Positions 27,159 to 33,254 of a stretch of DNA of 33,254 nucleotides are shown here, piece after piece. The translations under genes and the position numbers were made by a program. The notes beneath the pieces are model-generated. The model was not told the DNA's origin and did not search any database. It saw only the letters and a list, made by a program, of their open reading frames with translations. How positions within the stretch are numbered: the first letter of the stretch is position 1; every line of letters starts with the position of its first letter. Origin of the DNA: an uncultured Candidatus Peribacteria bacterium (GTDB lineage: Bacteria; Patescibacteriota; Gracilibacteria; Peribacterales; Peribacteraceae); assembly GCA_964502425.1 (NCBI GenBank), contig CAZCWV010000002.1:1-33254 (forward strand). The letters run 5' to 3'.

Positions 27159-27284
27159 GCGGAAAGCTATAAGCGGAAAGCGGTAAGCTCTTCTACTTTT
27201 TGATGCCGTAGCGATTATTCTCAATATGCATACAGCTTAAGTCTTACCGCTTATAGCTTATCGCTTACAGTTTAGAGCTTACAT
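27159..27284. repeat. Inverted pair of tandem heptamer arrays, (GCGGWAA)x4 and (CTTAYNG)x7
   Basis: gcggaaa gctataa gcggaaa gcggtaa at 27159-27186. cttaagt cttaccg cttatag cttatcg cttacag tttagag cttacat at 27236-27284. The arms are mutually complementary. Confidence 0.85.
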
Positions 27285-27323
27285 CTTCGCTTATTGCCGA
27301 TTCATGTTTATACTGCCGTAAAC

Positions 27324-28079
27324 ATGACAACAGCCCTCTACACCCTCGGCAGCGTTGTCCTCGTCAGCGCTTTGTCGCTGGTCGGCGCGGCGTTCCTCTT
27401 TCTGGGCGAAAAGACGCTGCGGGGGATCCTCCTCTACCTCGTCAGTTTCTCCTCGGGCGCGTTGCTCGGCGACGTCTTCATCCACATGGTGCCGGAGATG
27501 GCGGAGGGAGGGGATTTGACCTCGAGCCTCGTGATCGTTCTCGTTGGCATCGCGTTCTCCTTCGCGGTGGAGAAGGTCATTCACTGGCGCCACTGCCACT
27601 TCCTCCCGGAGGATGACCGGAAGCACGAGCACTGCCACGATGCGGGGACGATGAGCCTTGTGGGGGACAGCGTCCACAACTTCATCGACGGCCTCGCCAT
27701 CGCCTCCAGCTACCTCGTGAGCGTGCCGGTGGGGATCTCCACCACGATCGCGGTGGTCTTCCACGAGATTCCCGACGAGATGGGGAATTTCGCCGTGCTC
27801 CTCCACAGCGGGTACAGCAGGCGGAAGGCGCTCCTCTTCAACTTTCTCTCGGCGCTCGTGGCCGTGGCGGGGGCGGTCCTCGTCCTCGTCGGCAGCAGGG
27901 CGTTTGTGCCGCTCAACGCCTACCTCCTTCCCTTCGCCGCGGGGAACCTGCTCTACATCGCGGGGACGGACCTCATCCCGGAACTCCACAAGGAAATGCG
28001 CATCACATCTTCCTTCTTCCAACTCGTGATGATGGTGGCGGGGATGGGGGTGATGGGAGCGATGCTGCTGTTGGACTGA
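27324..28079 (+). CDS. zupT: ZIP family metal (zinc) transporter
   Basis: FHEIPDEMGNFAVLL signature, HNFIDGLAI, and multiple TM helices. Start set at MTTALYTLGS. Confidence 0.9.
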   Translation: MTTALYTLGSVVLVSALSLVGAAFLFLGEKTLRGILLYLVSFSSGALLGDVFIHMVPEMAEGGDLTSSLVIVLVGIAFSFAVEKVIHWRHCHFLPEDDRKHEHCHDAGTMSLVGDSVHNFIDGLAIASSYLVSVPVGISTTIAVVFHEIPDEMGNFAVLLHSGYSRRKALLFNFLSALVAVAGAVLVLVGSRAFVPLNAYLLPFAAGNLLYIAGTDLIPELHKEMRITSSFFQLVMMVAGMGVMGAMLLLD

Positions 28080-28229
28080 GCGGCTGCTGTCCCTTTTTCC
28101 ATAGGTCTCTGTGACCCAGGAAGTGCAATATGTATCTGAACCTATGCAGGAGTGAATGTGGTTTCGGTGTTGACTGCAGTAGCGGTCTTCGTGAAAATCA
28201 TTGCCTATTCCCATTGAAACTCCCGAAGC

Positions 28230-28553
28230 ATGGAAGCAACGGAAATGGAAAGCCAGGGCACCGATCTGTACGAGGCGTATTGCCAGTTTGTCCAAGAAAG
28301 CGGCAATGCGATCGCATCGCAGTGGTCCTGTGCAGCGAGTCGCGCACAGTTTCTCGCGGCGAATTCACCTTTACCACGCAGGGAGTTCGAGCGGCTTTTC
28401 CTGGCAATGCCTCATGGGACGCAACTGGCTTTTGCCCGACGCATGCGTTGTGGATTCGATGTCGCAGTTGTTACTGAATCAAGGAACGTCGTCGGGCTGG
28501 TCATGAGAAACCTTCTCCTCAATGGCGGAGAGGCCGAGGGCGTCGAGGAATAG
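28230..28553 (+). CDS. Hypothetical 107-aa protein
   Basis: ORF with plausible amino-acid composition in a lower-GC stretch. No motifs recognised. Confidence 0.4.
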   Translation: MEATEMESQGTDLYEAYCQFVQESGNAIASQWSCAASRAQFLAANSPLPRREFERLFLAMPHGTQLAFARRMRCGFDVAVVTESRNVVGLVMRNLLLNGGEAEGVEE

Positions 28554-28602
28554 CTACGCGCTCCTTTCTCTTTCCAGATCGTATTCGTCACTTTGCAGCG
28601 AA

Positions 28603-28989
28603 TTACAAAATGGATGCTACGTCGTTCGCCGATGGCTCACCGATGACCCGGCCCGAACGCAGAGATCGTTCATGCCATTCCCGGAGCCCTTCCATCACGG
28701 ATACATCCCGGTCACTGAAGCTGAATCCTTCGACGGTGGGAAGCCGTTCAAACATGCGCTGCTGGTTCTGCGCGTCTTGAATGCCACGAGCGTTCTCCGG
28801 TGCAGCGGCATGTTGTGGATCCAGAAGAGAAAGCAATTCCCGTCGCTCCGCACTCTGAAAGTCGGTTGCGGCAATGGATTCAACCTGCTTCCCCGGGACG
28901 TCGGGAGTCACGGGCTCCGTTGGGCGTTCGGCGGAATCGGGTGTGAGTGGCTTCATAGCGTCATGGTACCACAGAACGTTGCCATTCAT
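28603..28989 (-). CDS. Hypothetical 128-aa protein
   Basis: Last gene on the strand of the GT2/flippase-like cluster. Its composition is more protein-like than the overlapping plus-strand ORF 28522..29052. A purine-rich GAAGGAAAA tract lies upstream. Confidence 0.45.
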   Translation of the reverse strand: MNGNVLWYHDAMKPLTPDSAERPTEPVTPDVPGKQVESIAATDFQSAERRELLSLLDPQHAAAPENARGIQDAQNQQRMFERLPTVEGFSFSDRDVSVMEGLREWHERSLRSGRVIGEPSANDVASIL

Positions 28990-29058
28990 GGTTCGTCGTT
29001 TTCCTTCATCTGTGCTGTGGTCAGAAGAGGGAGTGGCTGCGTACCACGCTGACAGTTT

Positions 29059-30012
29059 TCACGGGGCAGGGGATTCCCCAGCCGCTTTCGCATACCCCCT
29101 CATCTCGTAGCCCGAGAGGAGCGCGAGCGCGATGAGGAGCGGGACGGCGTAGAAGAGGAGGCGAAACAGGAGGAGCGCGCCGAGGACGGTGCTTGTGGGA
29201 TAGGAGTCCCGGAGGAAGAGGATCATCGCCGCGTCGAAGACGCCGAGGCCGCTCGGCACTTGGCTCGCGAAGCCCGAGATTTGCGCGATGACGTAGAAGC
29301 CCAGGAATGTGAGCCACGGCAGGTCGGAGGCGGGGAGGAGGGCGAAGAGCACGGTGCCGGTGAGCGCCACTTCCACGCCGGAGAGCAGGATTTGCCCAAA
29401 GGCCACGCGCGCCGGGGGAATGCGGACCTGCCACTTCCGGTATCCCACCGTCCGCTCGGGGAAGAATATGCTCCCGCCCACGTAGAGGATGACGGGGAGG
29501 AGCAGGCCGGCGCCGAGGAGGGAGAGGGAGAGCGGCGGGAGCGGCAGGGACGCGGAGAGGAGAGGGGCGTTGAGGATGAGCGCGAGTCCCGAGGTGAGGA
29601 GGAGGGAGAGCGTGAAGGTGGTGAAGCCGAAGGCCGTGATCTTGGCGACGTTCGCGAGGTCAAAGCCCCATCTTGAGTACAGGCGGTACCGCAGCGACCC
29701 GCCCGTGAGCACGGCGAAGCCGAGCGTGATGCCGAAGGTGTTCCCGACCAAGGATGTAAACGTGATCTTCCGGAGCGGGAGGCGGTAGCGGAGATAGTAG
29801 AAGGCGAGGAGGTCGTAGGAGCTTTGGATGGCGTAGACGACGGCCATGCACGCGAGAGCGGCGCCCAGGCGGGCGGGCGGAAGATGGGTGAACGCGGCCC
29901 ACACGTCTTCGGGATCCACGCCGCGCAGGAGCTTCACGAGCGTCATCATGGCCAGCGCGAAGATCGCGATCACCAGGAGGGGGCCGACGATGCGGCGGAT
30001 CATGGAGCTCAT
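29059..30012 (-). CDS. Multi-TM flippase-like protein (UPF0104 / lysyl-PG synthase TM-region family)
   Basis: 317 aa with about 8 TM helices. ATGA start/stop overlap with the upstream GT2 gene. The upstream half of the 534-aa track ORF is an out-of-frame read-through across the GT2 gene. Confidence 0.65.
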   Translation of the reverse strand: MSSMIRRIVGPLLVIAIFALAMMTLVKLLRGVDPEDVWAAFTHLPPARLGAALACMAVVYAIQSSYDLLAFYYLRYRLPLRKITFTSLVGNTFGITLGFAVLTGGSLRYRLYSRWGFDLANVAKITAFGFTTFTLSLLLTSGLALILNAPLLSASLPLPPLSLSLLGAGLLLPVILYVGGSIFFPERTVGYRKWQVRIPPARVAFGQILLSGVEVALTGTVLFALLPASDLPWLTFLGFYVIAQISGFASQVPSGLGVFDAAMILFLRDSYPTSTVLGALLLFRLLFYAVPLLIALALLSGYEMRGYAKAAGESPAP

Positions 30013-30767
30013 CGGATGACGGTATGCTCGTGTTTCCAGGGTTTTCCGAAAAATTTCTCCGAGAAGTAGGCCATGGCGTACTCGTACCCCACGCGCAGGA
30101 CGCCGCGCCGCGCCAGCCGGCGGCCGGACATCTGCGTGGTGAGCGCGGGCAGAAAGAGCACTTTCCCCGTGCCATGCAGGCGCTTGCCCGTGTCCACGTC
30201 GTCGCCGTAGAAGGTGCGCGAGGTGTCGAAGCCGCCCGCGTCCAGGAATATCTGGCGGCGCAGGATGACGTTGCCGCCCATCACCTGCGCTCCGGTGAGG
30301 AAGCCGGAGATGTGCGCGGCGTCGTTCCATCGCCCCGTAACCCAGCGGTTGAACGGCGAGAGATCGTAGTACTCGCACGGGCCGCTGGCAGCCACCGCTT
30401 CCGGATGCGCCGCGAAAGCCGACACGGCCGCCGCGAACCACTCCCGGGGGAGCAGCACGTCCGCGTCGATGAATGCCACCAGGTCTCCCGTGGCTGCGAG
30501 GAGGCCTCGTTGACGCGCGTGGTTCGTACCCTTCTGCGGCTCTGGCACCACGCGGACGCCCGCTTCCCGCGCGATGGCCGCCGTGCGGTCCGTGCTGGCG
30601 TTGTCCACCACGATCACTTCGCAGGGGTGCGGCGCGGCCGAAGCACGGATGTGTGCGAGGCACGCACCGATGTACCGCTCCTCGTTGTGCGCGGGGATCA
30701 CGACGCTCACGCGCGGCGCGGTCTCGTTCGTAGTGGCCGGAAGCGGTTGTGCGTTATCGGATGTCAC
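30009..30767 (-). CDS. Family 2 glycosyltransferase
   Basis: VSVVIPAHNEERYI, VVDNASTDRT, FIDADVLLP. GTG start. Confidence 0.9.
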   Translation of the reverse strand: MTSDNAQPLPATTNETAPRVSVVIPAHNEERYIGACLAHIRASAAPHPCEVIVVDNASTDRTAAIAREAGVRVVPEPQKGTNHARQRGLLAATGDLVAFIDADVLLPREWFAAAVSAFAAHPEAVAASGPCEYYDLSPFNRWVTGRWNDAAHISGFLTGAQVMGGNVILRRQIFLDAGGFDTSRTFYGDDVDTGKRLHGTGKVLFLPALTTQMSGRRLARRGVLRVGYEYAMAYFSEKFFGKPWKHEHTVIR

Positions 30768-31464
30768 GGTAGGTGCGCGTAGCGGGACGGTGCAGGAAGG
30801 ATTCCGAGAGGAAATTGAGGACGTAGATGGTGCCGGTGGAGATGAGACCCTGGGAGCGGAACCGCCGCGCGGACGACGCGACGCGGAAGCGCTGAAGGAA
30901 CCACACTTCCCCCTGCTTCTTGAGCCTGCGGGCGATGTTGGTATCTTCCCCGTAGAACGTGATGGAGGTGTCGAAGCCGCCGATGGCTTCCAGGGCTTCC
31001 TTCCGCGCCGCGAAGTTGCTCCCCAGCACCATGGCGCCGGTCATCATGTTTAAGGGACGCGCAACGTTCCAGTACAAGCGCACGATCCGGTTCTTCCACG
31101 CGGGAAAATCGTAGTACTCGCACGGGCCGCTGAGGCAGACGAGGCGGGGATTCTCCCGGAATCCTTTCTCGATCATGGCCAGCCAGTCTTTGGGGACGCG
31201 GGAATCGGCATCCACGTACGCAAGAATCTCCCCCGTGGCCGCCTTCCGCCCCGCTTCGCGCGCGTGCGTGATGCCCTTCTTCCCCTCGCGCACCACCCGG
31301 ACCATCGGATGGCGCCTCGCCACGTCCGCCGTGCGGTCCGTGCTGGCGTTGTCCACCACGATGATCTCGCGCAGGTCCGGTGTCTTCCCCGCGAGGATGC
31401 TCTCGATGCACGGTTCGACGTACTGCTCTTCGTTGTGCGCGGGAATGATTACACTGATATCCAT
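30754..31464 (-). CDS. Family 2 glycosyltransferase (tandem paralog)
   Basis: ISVIIPAHNEEQYV, VVDNASTDRT, YVDADSRVP. The two paralogs share SGPCEYYD, GGFDTS, FYGDD/FYGED and an -IR C-terminus. Start set at MDISVII (ATG 31464), preceded by ctcccctcctccctcccc. Confidence 0.9.
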   Translation of the reverse strand: MDISVIIPAHNEEQYVEPCIESILAGKTPDLREIIVVDNASTDRTADVARRHPMVRVVREGKKGITHAREAGRKAATGEILAYVDADSRVPKDWLAMIEKGFRENPRLVCLSGPCEYYDFPAWKNRIVRLYWNVARPLNMMTGAMVLGSNFAARKEALEAIGGFDTSITFYGEDTNIARRLKKQGEVWFLQRFRVASSARRFRSQGLISTGTIYVLNFLSESFLHRPATRTYRDIR

Positions 31465-31619
31465 TGAAGAAGGGGAGGGAGGAGGGGAGAGGTGCGCGCG
31501 GACGGTCTCGTTGTTCAAGGGGCTTTCCCTGTTCTTGAGGATTCTACCCTCCTCAGCCGCCGATTTCACTCATGGAATTCGCTCATTCTTGGCGATGTGG
31601 CTTCGGCATTGTCTCTTTT

Positions 31620-31647
31620 GACCTGCGGGTCGAAGACCCGCTCTGGG
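31620..31647 (+). repeat. REP-like palindromic element, copy 4
   Basis: gacctgcgggtcgaagacccgctctggg, with the perfect hairpin gcgggtc-gaa-gacccgc. Confidence 0.8.
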
Positions 31648-31654
31648 TAGGAAC

Positions 31655-31689
31655 GGTACTTGGTACTTGTTGCTTGGTACTTGGTCCCT
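31655..31689. repeat. Tandem heptamer array (GGTACTT)x5, degenerate
   Basis: ggtactt ggtactt gttgctt ggtactt ggtccct, directly downstream of the typA stop. Confidence 0.85.
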
Positions 31690-31690
31690 A

Positions 31691-33254
31691 CTATCTCCTC
31701 GCCCTCCTCCGGTCGTTGTCCGTCAGCAGCTTCTTTCGCAGGCGGATGGACAGCGGCGTCACTTCCACCAGTTCATCGTCCGCGATGTACTCCAGTGCCT
31801 GCTCCAGCGACATGGGCGACACGGGCGTGAGGGTCACGGCATCGTCGGAGCCGGAAGCGCGCATGTTCGTCAGCTTCTTTTCCTTGCAGGGATTCACCGC
31901 CATCTCCTCATCCTTGGCGCTCTCGCCGATCACCATGCCAACGTACACCTTCGTCTGCGGCGTAATGAAGAGCCGTCCGCGTTCCTGCAGGTTCCAGAGC
32001 GCGAAGGCCACGGCCACGCCGTTCTCCATGGAGATCATCGATCCGTGTGACGAGCCCGCCAGTTCCCCCTTGAACGGTTCGTACGTCAGGAAGGAGTGCG
32101 TGAGGATGCCCTCACCGCGCGTTTCGATGATGAAGTCACCGCGAAAGCCCAAAAGACCGCGCGTGGGTACCTTGTACTCCAGACGGGTGTGGCCGGCGTA
32201 GGCCTTCATGTCGAGCATTTCGCCTTTGCGCGATGCGAGCATCTCGATCACCTTACCCACGAACTCATCCGGCACGTCGATGATGGCGTGTTCAATCGGT
32301 TCCACCTTCACGCCGTTCTCTTCGCGCATGATTACTTCCGGTCGCGAGACCTGCAGCTCAAATCCCTCGCGACGCATGTCTTCGATCAGCACCGAGAGGT
32401 GGAGCTCGCCGCGTCCGGAGACCTTGTACGCGTCCGTCCCCGGAATCTCCTCCATGCGCAATCCCACGTTGGTCTCCTTCTCCTTCTCTAGCCGTGCCCG
32501 GATGTGGCGTGTGGTGACGAGCGCGCCTTCCTTGCCCGCAAACGGCGAGTTGTTAACGAGGAAGTTCATTTCGATGGTGGGGGGATCGATGCGGATGGCC
32601 GGGAGCAACGCCGCATTCTCATCCGTGGTGATCGTCTCTCCCACGTAGATATCCGGAATTCCCGCCACGGTCACGATGTCGCCGGCGTGCGCTTCGGGCA
32701 CTTCCACGCGCTTAAGACCCTGCGACACGAACACCTTGGTGATTTTCCCTTTGCGGATGTTTCCATCCGGGGTTTTGACGAACACCTGGTCGCCCGCCCG
32801 CGCCACGCCTTCATACACCCTGCCGATGGCCAAACGTCCCAAGTAGGAGTCGTATCCTAAAGAGCTTGGCTGCATGCGAAAAGCCGTATCAATTTTTTGT
32901 TCAGCTTCGGGGACGTGCTTCATGATCAGGTCGAAGAGCGGCATGAGATCCTTGGAGGCATCCTCCAGTTTTTTCTTTGCAATGCCTTCCCGTGCGATTG
33001 TGAAGAGGTACGGGAAGTCCGTCTGCTTGTCGTTGGCGCCGAGAGCCACGAAGAGGTCAAATACTTCATCTACTACCTCAAGAGGCCGCGCGGCAGGCTT
33101 ATCAATTTTATTGATTATCACAATAGGACGGAGCCCTAGTTCAAGCGACTTTTTAAGAACAAATTTTGTCTGCGGCATCGGGCCTTCCTGCGCGTCCACG
33201 AGGAGCAGCACGCAGTCCACCGTTCGCAGAATACGTTCCACTTCCGAGCCGAAA
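31691..33254 (-). CDS. typA: Translational GTPase TypA/BipA; N-terminus lies outside the window
   Basis: The frame is open to the window edge (FGSEVERILRTVDCVLLLVDAQEGPMPQTKFV, INKIDKP). The domain order and C-terminus are those of BipA. Confidence 0.95.
   Translation of the reverse strand, partial: FGSEVERILRTVDCVLLLVDAQEGPMPQTKFVLKKSLELGLRPIVIINKIDKPAARPLEVVDEVFDLFVALGANDKQTDFPYLFTIAREGIAKKKLEDASKDLMPLFDLIMKHVPEAEQKIDTAFRMQPSSLGYDSYLGRLAIGRVYEGVARAGDQVFVKTPDGNIRKGKITKVFVSQGLKRVEVPEAHAGDIVTVAGIPDIYVGETITTDENAALLPAIRIDPPTIEMNFLVNNSPFAGKEGALVTTRHIRARLEKEKETNVGLRMEEIPGTDAYKVSGRGELHLSVLIEDMRREGFELQVSRPEVIMREENGVKVEPIEHAIIDVPDEFVGKVIEMLASRKGEMLDMKAYAGHTRLEYKVPTRGLLGFRGDFIIETRGEGILTHSFLTYEPFKGELAGSSHGSMISMENGVAVAFALWNLQERGRLFITPQTKVYVGMVIGESAKDEEMAVNPCKEKKLTNMRASGSDDAVTLTPVSPMSLEQALEYIADDELVEVTPLSIRLRKKLLTDNDRRRARR

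Noticed and set aside
27159-27284. Short tandem arrays as CRISPR arrays
   Set aside because: The units are 7-8 nt with no unique spacers, and no cas genes are in the window.
28230-28989. The two small ORFs as a toxin-antitoxin pair
   Set aside because: They are convergent rather than co-transcribed, and no known toxin or antitoxin motifs were recognised.
29059-31464. The GT2-GT2-flippase-like cluster as a novel system
   Set aside because: This is a common envelope glycolipid or polysaccharide module. The tandem GT2 duplication is ordinary.

Overview
GC-rich (about 60% by eye) bacterial chromosomal segment. It is densely coding, mostly housekeeping, and has short AT-richer intergenic islands. 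I could support about 30 protein genes, one tRNA and one gene remnant. Left to right: yjbQ (partial), a large secreted Cys-rich/Kazal protein, a DUF360-type membrane protein, ileS, a lower-GC block (108-aa ORF, long RelA/SpoT homolog, 393-aa unknown), Nudix hydrolase, thioredoxin-like protein, GNAT, metallophosphoesterase, uvrA, dksA-like, ribE, ribH, an SLH-domain protein, ribBA, a 25-codon Lys-rich micro-gene, a beta-helix membrane protein, a clpB/clpC 3' remnant, a small membrane protein, a Tat-signal protein with beta-carbonic-anhydrase-like motifs, a SHOCT protein, tRNA-Arg(UCG), a ZIP transporter, small unknowns, a GT2-GT2-flippase-like envelope cluster and typA (partial). No CRISPR array, transposase, integrase or recognisable defence system is visible. 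The main oddities are: (1) a complete histidine-phosphatase domain inserted inside the IleRS catalytic core; (2) pyrimidine-rich CCUCC/CUUCC tracts instead of Shine-Dalgarno sequences before most start codons; (3) a ~140-nt palindromic element translated in frame inside ribE; (4) locus-specific tandem heptamer/octamer micro-arrays in most intergenic regions; (5) a self-contained Lys-rich micro-gene with its own promoter and terminator; (6) a long RSH whose synthetase motifs are degenerate. All family calls rest on motifs read by eye, since no searches were run. The taxon cannot be determined from this window.
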